A stretch of DNA of 33,586 bases from Octopus sinensis (taxonomy: Eukaryota), in assembly GCF_006345805.1 (NCBI RefSeq), contig NW_021832969.1, positions 1-33,586 of the forward strand. Reading direction: 5' to 3'. The position numbers were made by a program, and so were the translations under genes. Positions 10,940 through 22,104 of the stretch are shown in pieces. The first letter of the stretch is position 1, and every line of letters starts with the position of its first letter. The notes under the pieces were generated by a model. The model was not told where the DNA came from. It searched no databases and saw only the letters and a program-made list of their open reading frames with translations.

Positions 10940-11222
10940 GTAATTCCCACGCAAAATGGTTATTGATATGCGTTTGAAAAGCCATGTCCGTTCCCGATGA
11001 TCATTTCTCCTTCTGCTTGCCAGGTCTCACAGTTTAATAAGAAATTTTTTAGTTCTAAGGACTCACAAATTCTTCACTGCGATCGGGGCAAAGTGCGATA
11101 ATGCACAGTATTTCTTGACTTTTAATGTTTCTGCCAGGTTGGCTGCGGAGCCCGGCTCTGCGGCTGACGTAAAGATGTTTCCGGTGGAGAAGGTGTCCGT
11201 GCAAGTTGCGTCCCAGATGAGG
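10940..11222 (-). pseudogene. 3' end (RLE domain) of a CRE-clade non-LTR retrotransposon
   Basis: IWDATCTDTF...GSAANLAETLKVKKY...FAPIAV...WLFKRISITILRGN is the characteristic CRE C-terminus. Confidence 0.85.
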
Positions 11223-11537
11223 TTGATGGCTTTTTCGACATCCTTAGGTTCCTCAGTTACGCAGAAGATTGGTTCTCCTCTGGTGGGATTATTGATAAAT
11301 GGGTTAGTTTCTTCACAAATGGCTTTGAGTTTGGACTCTGTCGATTAATATTCACGCAGCACCTTTTTTCTGACTATTTCTGCGGCGTACTGGGAATTGG
11401 GACTTGGATGGACATGATGATATTTTTTGGATTATAAAAAGAAAACATTTTATAAACAAACATACATAAATCAAACACAAAACGGCAATCAAGTATAATA
11501 ATTTACTATCGTCTATTCACGTCTCTACCTACCCGCA

Positions 11538-12028
11538 TTATTTCTTTACTTCCAACGCCAGTTTGCTCTTCATTCTGTCGCACTTGTCAGCCTTCGCAGA
11601 GTTTTCATTTATTCGTTTTATTCTTAAATGCAATACGAAACCAAACAAAATTTCATGCTCCTTCACCAAAAGCGACATTTTGGAGAGCTTTCCCTCCAGA
11701 TTGGTTATTTGAGTGGTCCGCAACTCCAATAGTTCCTCACAGGACTGATCACGTGATTACCCAAACTTGTATTTGTTCTCTTCGATAAGCCAGTTCCGAC
11801 TCCAAGACTTGATTGGCGTGCTAGGCTGGGTTCAACTGGATCGTAAGATCTGCCAGTTGGCTTCTTTGTGCGACAATCTGTTCACCTTGTCTTTTACTTT
11901 CGTTTTAGGCTTGTTTGTACACGTTTTCAAGTCCTACAATTTTTTCAATCATTGGGTGGTTTCCAAGTGGTTCGCCTTCAATAAAGAGAAAGAATTGGCT
12001 AATGTTTTAGAACAGTAACGTCGTCCAT
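11538..12028 (-). pseudogene. Degenerate coiled-coil protein gene fragment, unidentified
   Basis: Heptad-like peptides QRSQLADLTIQL..., LESELAYRREQI and LELRTTQITNLEGKLSKMSLL, interrupted by stops. Confidence 0.4.
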
Positions 12029-12149
12029 AATTGTACAGATAACTGGGCAGATATATTCAATGAGCATACTATCAAGGGTGCTATTTATCACAACGAAGTA
12101 GACATACAGTGAACAAAAATAAAAACTAAACATGCTTTTTTTAATAAAT

Positions 12150-12555
12150 TTACAATGGGACAATATTGCAAATGTCTCAAATTTATTCTTAGCATAGATA
12201 AAGGATTTTAAATTTTCTAGTTTATTGATAAATATATATTTATGCCCTTTTTTAAGTATTTTCTGGTTTCTTCTTTAATGGATACTTATTAAAATGACTT
12301 TTAAAGAACTTTGAGACAACTCCATCCCATGTCAAGACAATTGGAATAATCTATACCGACAGTTCGTTTGCAAGCAGGTTTTTTTGTGAAATTTTTGCCA
12401 CTTCAACTTGCATTAAACGAGCATGTGAGGTAAAGCCTACTTAAAGAAAATAACTTCTTTTTTGGGGGGTCAGAGACCAGGATTCAAGCGATAAGGCAGC
12501 TCGTCAGCCTTCAGTGGTTTGTATTCGAGGAGAAAATCTTTTCATTAACAATCCG
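12150..12555 (-). pseudogene. Second RLE-type non-LTR C-terminal fragment
   Basis: VGFTSHARLMQVEVAK...LLANEL...IIPIVLTWDGVVSKF is homologous to 2990-3339. Confidence 0.72.
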
Positions 12556-13105
12556 ATTAAACTTAAAAAGCTCGAATTTATATATTTATATTATAGATTA
12601 AATTTTGTGCGATAGCATAATAATGAATCAGGAATAATGTATGCAGCTCAATTTCCGAAATGTAAAATCCGGAACTCTAACTGCAAAAATTGAAAAGCAC
12701 GTTTACATAAATTTATTATTTTATTTATTATAAAATATTTAATATTCAATTTAATAAAATATTTAATTAATAAATTTAAGCGATTTCTCATTTTTGAAAA
12801 TAAAGAGTTTAATTCCTATTGTTTCAAAATGGGTTGAAAATTTGTTATAATTATGTATTTTGAGATTAGTCAGTTACCACAACTTTCTTAAGTAGTATGT
12901 AATTATGACGGGAATTCTCAAAGGGTAGGACATGGTTGATGGTCTGAGGTAAGTAAATAAGTTTAAAAAAAGATGTGATATCATTAAAAAATTGAGAAAG
13001 TTAAATCAAAAAGTAAAAAAATAATAACTTATATATATTTCCAATTATTTATTCACAAATATATTCTAAATTTAAGATCAGAATTTAAATTTTACATAAA
13101 AATAA

Positions 13106-13460
13106 TGTCACCGTTCATTCAATGGACCACGCCGTTGAATGGACCGACTACTTTTCATTAAAATAAAAATGTAATTTTTATGAAATAGATGACGATCAAA
13201 TTATTTTAAGTTAATAGACAATAATTGTTTCGAAATGTTTATTTTGTTTGTAATTTTTTGATCCATATTTGTTAGTGAAAGAAATTGATGGCTACAAAAC
13301 CTCAAACAACTCCTATAATCGCTAAAAGACTCGTGATAGATACATCGCCGACTTAATAAATCTTAGAGGTTTCTCCCCCTTAAATGATTCTTTTCCTGGG
13401 AATTACATTCGATTCATATTTTATAGATTTTAGTAATTATAAACTCTTTTTCTAAGTATG
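13106..13460 (+). mobile_element. Ginger-type element left end with deleted integrase fragment
   Basis: Begins TGTCAC. Peptide TKPQTTPIIAKR.RDRYIADLINLR...FSW|decayed intron|ILVIINSFSKY has the same intron position as the complete copy. Confidence 0.8.
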
Positions 13461-14529
13461 TTGTTGTGTAAATGACAACAGCGAAAATATCCGCATGTTG
13501 CAGATCTTCCTAGTGCTGAGTCACCCAATTACTTCGATTCTCTGCCTACTCGTCAGTCTGGTGATACTGCGCCCCGACTTATGATTCACTTCAACAAAGA
13601 TACAACGAGTCGCGTTATAAGTCAAACTGATCACGTGTCGTGGGTTTCTTTCGAAGGTGACCCCCTCACAAATGTAACTTCTACTTGATGACTGAAAAGT
13701 GTAAAACTTTGAATGCTCGGAACATTTGTTACTCTGAGTAGTTATGATTGCTCCCACGGAATATTCATGTTTACTCCCCAAGACACGATTTCCGGTGACT
13801 GTGAACTGATTTATCGAAGGACAGGCAATGAAAGCGCCTCCTTTCGACACTCCGAACTCCCAGTACTGGACGGAGCACCAATGATAATAATCTCTATAAA
13901 ATATCGATGGCATACAAATGTGGAGATATCGCTCAAATATTTCATCCAGTCCTCGCACTAGTCATGAATCACTCCAAAAATACTCAGTTCCGAGTTGGTG
14001 GAACAAGTCGACTCGTGTAACTTGTTTTCTAAAATGAGGGATTAATTCAACCAATGAGCAGCCTCTCGCTTCTCTCGCATCGGTAATGGTATGGGTTTAT
14101 GCACATGCGAAGTTGCCCTTTCCGAAATCCGTTTTCGCACAAAGAAACCAACTCACAGATTTCCACATCCTCCACCCGGAAGAGACGAAAGATAATCACG
14201 TGCGGGTAGTGTTTTTTCCCAGCAATCTGAATCAGTCGTGGAAAGTCAACCTGAATTCGTCCATCGACAGTGGACTCGATGCTCACACATCCTGTCGCTT
14301 GACGCCCTCCGTTGACAATTGCTTCAACAAAGTCTTGGATAACCTCGGAACTTTTGAATCTTCGGAGAAAGCCTTTGATCAAAGTTCTTGAATTCTCCTG
14401 TTTTGTCCCGTCTCTGGAAACTGTGCAGAAAATTAGATCGTCTGTGATTTCGTTGTACTCCCCGTCTTTCCCAAACATTTCTGAGGCAGACGCGTTTTGT
14501 CCATTTAAATATCGTGTTGATCCGGACAT
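13461..14529 (-). pseudogene. SMAD4: Divergent SMAD gene (SMAD4/Medea-like): MH1 plus N-terminal two-thirds of MH2, 3'-truncated
   Basis: MH1 CVSIESTVDGRIQ|IAGKKHYPHV...CINPYHY; MH2 HWCSVQYWE...YICEGV...IFVE. Introns 14227-14250, 14029-14051, 13958-13983, 13681-13707, 13506-13532. Homology stops at the Ginger junction near 13460 and no SFVKGWG-like segment was found. Subfamily assignment is tentative. Confidence 0.8.
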
Positions 14530-16246
14530 TGAATACGCCGTTCCAGTTTGTCAAAATACTCATTGTTTGAGTTTCTCAGGGGCATCGGGAAACCCCATTT
14601 GCTCTCTCTTTCATTCAAAAAGTTTACGAATCATGAAAAATTTGCCAAATATAGACTATGATAATTATAATTTCCATTTAAATTATAATAAGTGGGATTA
14701 ATCTCCCTAAAATAGTACCATTTTATTGTTTCCTAGACTAATAAGCAAATCAATTATCAAACTGCATGCATCCTAATCTTCTCAATAAACTGGCTTCTCG
14801 ATTCATTTTGCTTTTCCCTGCACATTCACAATTGTCTATGCCTGTAAAATGAAATTAAACAGGCAGGGTTTCTATCTCTTCTGTTGTCTTCAATCCTCAG
14901 GGAGTTGGATATTCCATTATAAAAGCTTAAGTAAATACAGTATGAATAGCATCTCCACCCAAATATGGCTTGAGTATAAATTATAACAACAGTCTGAAAT
15001 GAAGAGCACAATATAATGAAGTAAAGTAACTGTAACCAACTTCGGTGGCCGATGATTTGAAGCAATACTCAAATAATATGTATAATAATGAGTTAAATAG
15101 GCGTAACATCTCGAATGTGCATGTCATGATAATTGTTAGTTATTTGATATCATATCAGCCTCAATTAAATCAGATTTGACGACCTTGAATGCAAGCAAAC
15201 CTACAAACTGTAAAAGACTAAGCAGATTACCCTTTTCGAAGTTAGATTTCTTATAATCTCTTGACTTTTAATAAATAGGGGATTAATCAACGTTTTTTAG
15301 CCTGAAAGTACGACAAATGAGTCGATCAAAGAGATTAAAATCCATAATTGGAAAGGGAAAGACTCGTTAATAACATGTATTGCGAATGACCTAATTCACT
15401 CTGGCTTTATTAAAACGACTATAATTCTATTAAACTCTTGTGAGCAATGGTTTATGCTGAGACAAAAATTTTACTCGAGACTAAATTGACCCCATCGAGG
15501 TTAAATTATGGATTCTGATAATAAAGAAGCCCTAAATTACTTATTTGCAGTCATGTGATCAATTAGTCTATCAAATTAAAATCCAAGCAAACTAAAGTCT
15601 AAAATTGAGAAATTTAATTTGAAGTGTGGGTGCCAAAAAATAAAAATCTCACTTCTGTAAATTAGAGCTGAAAAGTAAAGTCCGGATTATATTCATTGCT
15701 TGAATTGTATCAAAACATGGAATTTGGGGAAACAGAGAATGTAAATGCGAGGAGTCCCACTCTACTGAAAACAGAATCTCGAGGGGCCAAGCAAATTAAT
15801 GGACTCAACGACAATGTATTTCATAAGGAATTTATTAACTTCTTGTTTACCTATTATTAGCAGGAAGCCAAAAATAATATAAAAATATTTTTTCTAGGAA
15901 TTATATCTGATAATTTCGACTTGATCAAAACGCAGTGTCAAACATCGGACACAAGGACTAACAAAACAAGACTCAACTAACGTGTTTATTCATTTGTGGG
16001 AATATAACTTATGTGACAATTTTTCATTTCACATCGACGAACGTAACAACCAAAGTTATAAAAATTTGTTTCAGTCACAAACAAAGCACAAAGGAATGGC
16101 CGGATTGCGACGGAGACATTGCAACATCAAAATGATAAACACAGAAATTTACTTTGGTGAGTTTTCTAGGGAAATTAATTTAGCTTCGACAATTTTTATT
16201 TGGAATGGAATGTGAAATTCATTAGAAATTTTGATCATTCTGAAAA

Positions 16247-18507
16247 ATGAATACTCTAAAAGATTTTCCACCTCACCCTCTGATTCGTGCTCTCTATGAT
16301 GTCTGGTTGAGAATCTGTGAAGTGTCGCGTAATTTGATTCGTATAATATTTTTAATGTTAATTAGCCAACCTGAGTCAAAAGTTCGGCAGATTAATTGAA
16401 AAATCTATAAATTAGCATAATCCTAAAAATATATTGGAAATCGCCGTCGACGCCTCGATGTGCTGTTCTATTTGCAGGCTGAAGGAAATGTTCAGGGAAT
16501 TTCCAAACAGTGGCAACCCAGGTGAATATACTAACGATTACTCCAGTAGTTTGGCATGCGGGAATCCTCACGGGCTGGTTAGTTGAGGTCCAAATGGATT
16601 GGATCATGACCAGCTTACGATTTGAGGACAATCTATTTTTTTCTGACTTTGATTTCCTCGACTCGCAGTACTTTCCGATTTTGATCTGTAGGGAAGTGTT
16701 GGATTTGGAGACAGTCCAGAGACTGCTTAATCAGATTCTTGACAGCTATGAGGGTGTGGGGACTAATCTGAACATCCAAACTCTATTCCGACAAATTGAC
16801 AAATTTGTAGTTGAGGGAAAATGTTTGAATGAGTTAGTAATTGTCGTATCATTACAGTCTCGATATGCCTGTTCCCCCAGCCAAGTCCATCAAATGTAAA
16901 CTCTTTGACGTTCGAACGATTAAATAACACGTAGAATGAAATCACGTTCGGGGAATGTAGCCAGGATCTCCAAGTTTGTAGAAGAATTTCTGGCTTTGTA
17001 TACGAGGACGAAATCGAGCTCATAAAATGGATGCATGTCCGCAGCTTCGAGAATGTTCTTCCCGTTGGTTCGTTGTTTAACAGCCAGAGTTCTCGATTAC
17101 TGCAAATGTCCGACACAAACTCGAATCTGGAAATGTCCTTCAACCAACAAGGAATCAACGTCTTTTTCGCGCTGCTCAAATTCCTGGAGGTCAGTCCATA
17201 ATAAAATTCGCAGAACGAATACGACGTCGCAAATTATTTCCGAGTCATCTCCCCGGCGTCGTCAAATTGGGATTTGTGGGATAGAATGGGGTATGGCAAT
17301 GAGTTTGTGGGGACCTACGAAGTATAATTGCAAAATGCTACTCTAGCACATGTTTCTCATCTGTCCTGCACGAGACAGAAAAACCTATCTAATAAATAAG
17401 AAAATTCCTTTTCATTGGTCCGCCAGTCCACTCATTTTGTAGTATCTACTTCAAACAGATGAGTCCCTACTCTCGGGACTTGCCTGTTAAATTGGTAGAC
17501 TACGATCCCATCTTCTCAAACGCCGGTCAGCACTCTGACATGACATTCTTGAACAGTGTCTCCAATTACGACGATTCGTGCGTGTTCTGTTCCAGGGAAA
17601 AGGTCACTCCCGACTTGTCAATTCTAGTTGCAAGACGAACTCGTCGGCGTCCTTAATTTGTGCAAGTCGATTTATTCCGCGTTTGACCTCGACTTGTCGG
17701 CAAAATTCATTTCAAAGCCTTCGATGAATTCAACAAGACACAAGGAGTGTGATTTGATCACCCAAGTTGACGGTGATTAATTTACCAGATAATTCGGAGT
17801 GCTCTCTCGGCGACGGGGATCACCTTCGAAGAGAGCGCTGGATATTCCCAACTGCCCTTTGTACTATTCCTGGCTAATGTACTAGGTAACTCTTAACGTC
17901 CGGACGTATGACGACTCCACTTACACGTGCGGGATCGTGGAGGTGGACCTCACTTCGGGGGAGAGATTTGATTTATTCTACGAATAGTCTCACCCTTGTG
18001 TCCAATGCCTAGTGATGGTTGCAGAAAGACTCCCGCAATCATTCATCACCAAATCATTGGGTCCATTCAAGAATTCACCAAGATCTTACTTCACCACTAC
18101 AAGGGATATTGGTTTTTCATATTCCTGACCTCAGGCCATTCTGGCTTTCCCCGATACAATGCACCGTCGTTTCCCTGCGAGAGGAGTTTTTGGAATATTC
18201 AAAGACGGTACTCTTGGTGGTTATAACCCAGGTCTATCAAACTATACGAAGACGGCACATCCGGGCAGTCATGTCTTGGAATTTCGACTGTTGCATCTCC
18301 GATCGACTCAATAACGCAAAAAAGAATTCAAGCTTCACTCTGGGTAATATGTCACTCCAACTACGCCCAGTCATTGGACGGGAAGAGCTTATGCAAAATC
18401 AAGTTCACGTGATTGGGACCAACTTGGATTTGGGACGTGTTTCCGTGGAGGTGGCAGTCGACTTGATGAGTGAATTACTCAATACGAAAAGCCGACAAGT
18501 TTTTTAA
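16247..18507 (+). CDS. Highly divergent threonyl-tRNA synthetase paralog, predicted catalytically inactive, ~18 ultrashort introns
   Basis: The spliced product is colinear with cytosolic ThrRS: RRISGF (QRIYGI), GINVFFALLKFLE, HC|IYFKQMSPYSRDLP, DDSCVFC, TCGIVEVDL...RFDLFY, PAIIHHQIIGSIQE, GYW|PFWLSPIQ, FTL|VIGREE, stop 18505-18507. GT-AG introns of 23-34 nt (e.g. 16341-16365, 16522-16546, 16833-16857, 16910-16934, 17064-17087, 17861-17885, 18112-18134, 18344-18370) give an open frame. The exon model at 16366-16480 is least certain. Confidence 0.85.
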
Positions 18508-18609
18508 CATCTTTTTGAGAATAAATATGGCTTCAATCAATTGATAATTACAAATTAAGAAAAAAATAAACAAAAGTGCTTATATGCCTTCAACCTAAAA
18601 ATATAAATA

Positions 18610-18890
18610 TGTCGAGGGTGAAATCGTGACAGATGTCATAACACTGACAGTCGTCTTAAGTCACCATAAAATAATAATCCACGACAAAATAATTACTTTA
18701 TCCTAACAGGCCATACTATGATGTTTGTCTATGATGACGCAGAATAAAACTGACTGAAATTATTTCTTGGAGAGCATTACGTGGATATTTCGAAAGTTAA
18801 AAAATTCCGACTGAAAAAGCCGAAAATTTCATTCTTATTGACAGAAAGCTATATCTGGAAAATACTAATCAACTCCACAAGCTTCAACAC
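18610..18890 (+). mobile_element. Probable Ginger-type element 5' remnant
   Basis: Begins TGTCG. Peptide KAENFILIDRKLYLENTNQLHKL resembles LYLKDENNQKHKL of the Ginger copy at 22117. Confidence 0.5.
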
Positions 18891-19403
18891 TTACAGAAGG
18901 TGCATAATATTTCTGAATCAACAAACCAGACGGTAAAGACAGCCTCAAAACATATATTAATTACAAATTTGGTTTTTCTCGGGTAAATTTCCTAATTATC
19001 AATAAAACCATGGGAGTAAATCGATCGAAACATAAATTTAGCATCAAAAAGTATTCAATTTATAATTACTTAAGCAGTTCATATTTGGAAGGACTAATTC
19101 TTCACTAAAATCAATAACCTTTGTTTCTTTCGTTTTTTACTTTGTACTTTCGTATTTTGAGAAGTTTGAAAAACTCATGTTCTTTCTCAACATTGATTAA
19201 AAGTTCATTAAAGTAAGCTACATATACCGTACACAAAAAATTGGAAAACATGTGTCAATTAAATTTTTATTTTTAAGAAAATGTTGTGAAAATGTGGCCG
19301 ATTTAGAATTTGGCCAGTTTTCGAAAGTTTATTTTACTTTTAATTATTTTTTACAAAATTAACATTTTAAGTATATAAAAATAAATTAAATATTGTGTTG
19401 TTG

Positions 19404-19630
19404 ATGGCAGGGCAGCTCGCTTCGATTTATGGGTCAGAAAAAGACAAGTATAGAGGGTATAGTCACAAGCAGAGTAAATTGTTCATTTTTCTTCAAAATC
19501 GGAGCATGCAGACACGGGGACCAGTGCACGCGCATTCACAACAAACCCAACTTCAGCCAAACCGTGCTGATCACGAACATGTTCCCGGGGGCACAGGTGA
19601 GTCACCTCTACTCGGGGTCAGCTCCAAGTT
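19404..19630 (+). pseudogene. U2AF1: U2AF small subunit (U2AF35) 5' fragment
   Basis: MAGQLASIYGSEKDK|VNCSFFFKIGACRHGDQCTRIHNKPNFSQTVLITNM with a 25-nt intron at 19448-19472. Homology ends shortly after a second putative intron at 19597; most of the UHM and the second zinc finger are absent. Confidence 0.88.
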
Positions 19631-19759
19631 GGTCTGCATTTTTAGAGATAATTCCTCCCTATTTTGTTTTTATGACAGAGTTTTTTGATTTAAATCATTT
19701 GATTTTAGTCAACAAAAATATCAATGTTACTTTGTTGACCTATGGGAGGAATTAAGTAA

Positions 19760-20250
19760 ATTGGATTCGATTATTTTGAAAACGAGGACGATTGTTTAAT
19801 CAAAAAAGTTAAAAATTATTGAGGTATCCATTTTAAAACAATTGAAGATCGAGCATATGAATACTCATTTTGGTAGAGACAGAATGCTCTCGTTACTAAG
19901 AGACCAAATATATTCAGCAACAAGGGAAGAAATTTGTAGTGTGATAGCAAAATGTGTCTATTGCCAAGTAATGTTGTTAATCAGTGTTAGTCGAAAAATT
20001 TCATGGAAACAAAACCAACTATCACCCCCATAATTGCAAGAGGACCTAGAGATCGGTATATTGCAGATTTAGTGGATCTAAGGAGATATTCAAACCTTAA
20101 CAGTAATTACGGGTGGGTCTTTTTTTTGAATAAGTCATAGTTGGTTGTTGTAATCGACTCCTTTTTCAAATTTGCAGTGGTAAAACTTGCAAAAACGAAA
20201 TCAGCTGAAGAAATAACAAGAAAGTTAAAAAAGATTTTCTTTTCAACAAC
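19760..20250 (+). mobile_element. Ginger integrase fragment with introns
   Basis: EHMNTHFGRDRM...CVYCQ|intron|SKNFMETKPTITPIIARGPRDRYIADLVDLRRY...W|intron|LVVIDSFFKF; cut off by the CRE element. Confidence 0.85.
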
Positions 20251-20254
20251 ATAA

Positions 20255-22104
20255 TTAACACGAGAAAGAGAACGATAACTTGTTCAGCGTGCTCAAGGCT
20301 CCTTCACATGTCATGCGTAGGAGTTTCTAAGAAGGCCCTTACTAACATTTCCCATTGGCACTGTCATCTATGCCTTCCAGCTGGGACTGCTCCCTTCAAT
20401 CAAACTGCTTGCACTGTGCCGTTGGATTACGAACGCCTACTTGACACGATTTCTAAATGGTCATCCTCAAGACACATCCCCATAAGGATCCCCAGAGGGG
20501 CTCGTTTAACCGTTGCCGACTGCCTTTCAGCCAGCATTGAAAGCGCGTCATCATCGAACGACATCAGTTACTGGACCCGCCTGCTTTGTTTTGCCCCTTG
20601 TGTTTTGGGTTTACCTTCTGGTTCTACAATTCGTGGTCGATCTTTATCATCGTCCGTCAAAGAAAACATACGCCTGCTTGATTCCGGACTTACGGTGATT
20701 GATCCCCCATTACAACCGGCTACTGTGAAGAGTCATCGAAAGATACCAAAGGATACACTTTCTGAAGAGATACACTTACGGAGGACCATTCATTCTAAAT
20801 TATTGGAAGGGGGAATACGCTCGGCTTTGAGAGTGCTCTCCAGTGATAGTCCATTCCTGAAACCTTCAATTGAGACTCATGAAGCTCTCCTGGATTGACA
20901 TCCGGCCGCTCCAAGCGACTCACGAAATCCACCTCTCCCAGGGATTCTTCAGCCATTGTCTGTCTCGGACGATGACATTAAAGCCGGAATTTTATCCTTC
21001 GCTCCAAGCAGCGGGGCGGGTCTAGACGGGCTGCGGCCAGGACATCTTAAGGACTTAATTTCGCCGGACACTGTAAACTCGGGATCACGGCTTCTTTCGT
21101 CGATCTGTTCTCTTATCAACAGAATGCTTTCTGGAGATCTTCCAGAGCTAATCCGTCACTTTTTCTTCTCTGAAAAACTGATCGCGCTAGAAAAGAAAGG
21201 AGGGGGTGTTCAATCCATTGCAGTTGGATCTGTCTTCCGTCGGCTAGCTTCAAAGATGGTATGCAGGGCTGTTATCCCAACATTAACCCCGCTATTGTGC
21301 CCTATTCAACTTGGAATTGGTACCCCAGGAGGTTGTGAAGCTGCAATACACGGAATCCGTGATTCAATCACATAAACAACAATACCCCCTATATTATTGT
21401 TAAATTGGACATCCGTAATGCATTTAACACCATTCGCCGCGACTCTATATTGGAGAACTGTCTTGAATTTTGTCCCGAAATATACAACTATGTACTCAGC
21501 TCATACGCGAAACCATCCACCCTCGTCCATGGCCCTTACCATATTTCCTCGTCCTCGGGGGTTCAACAAAGAGACCCATTGGGTCCTGTTCTCTTTTGCC
21601 TTGGAATTAATCACATTGCTAATAGCTGCTCAACCCCGCTGAATGTTTGGTACCTTGATGACTGCACCCTCGGAGGTCATGCCGAAACTGTCTTCAAGAC
21701 GCTCGTTGACCTAATTCCGAGACTTGAATGCGTTGGTCTTATACTGAACACTTCAAAAAGTGAAATCATTAATTTTGGGTTCCGTCGTGATGAATTCGAG
21801 GTTATTGTTTCCTCTTTCAGTGAGATAATTCCCGGAGCGTCCATCACGCCTAGTATCAGTGTGGAGATATTAGGCTGCCCATTGACAGATGGTGGAATCA
21901 AGGACGCTCTTGAAACTAAGGAAATGCTACTGGAAAAGAGCCTTCTTCCTGCTCAAAAATGCCCTTGGCATCCAAAAATTAAATCATGTGCTACGAGGGT
22001 CATCCTGCTTCTTAGAAAATGATCAACTTCATTCTATTATTGTCCTTTTCCGGAAAACAACCGAACGCATCATAAACATCAAATTCGACGATCAAGTTAA
22101 ATAA
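20255..22104 (+). mobile_element. CRE-clade non-LTR retrotransposon, degenerate (partial PHD finger + RT)
   Basis: CSACSRLLHMSC...WHCHLC; SGAGLDGLRPGHL; LIALEKKGGGV..IAVG..RRL; QLGIG..GGCEA; LDIRNAFN; GVQQRDPLGP; WYLDD. Stops at 20896 and 21373, a frameshift and deletions. Confidence 0.92.

Noticed and set aside
9967-12028. Stop-codon reassignment (in-frame TAG/TGA in fragments)
   Set aside because: Intact genes use standard stops with no internal stops, and interrupted fragments also have frameshifts or truncations, so decay is the simpler explanation.
14086-14701. Plus-strand ORFs over SMAD
   Set aside because: Antisense shadows of the MH1 coding region.
14826-16215. Possible small genes (14826-15240 minus; 15717-16135 plus)
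   Set aside because: Some splice-like signals, but no recognisable protein or consistent open model.
16392-17179. Minus-strand ORFs 16392-16631 and 16763-17179
   Set aside because: Antisense shadows of the spliced ThrRS-like gene.
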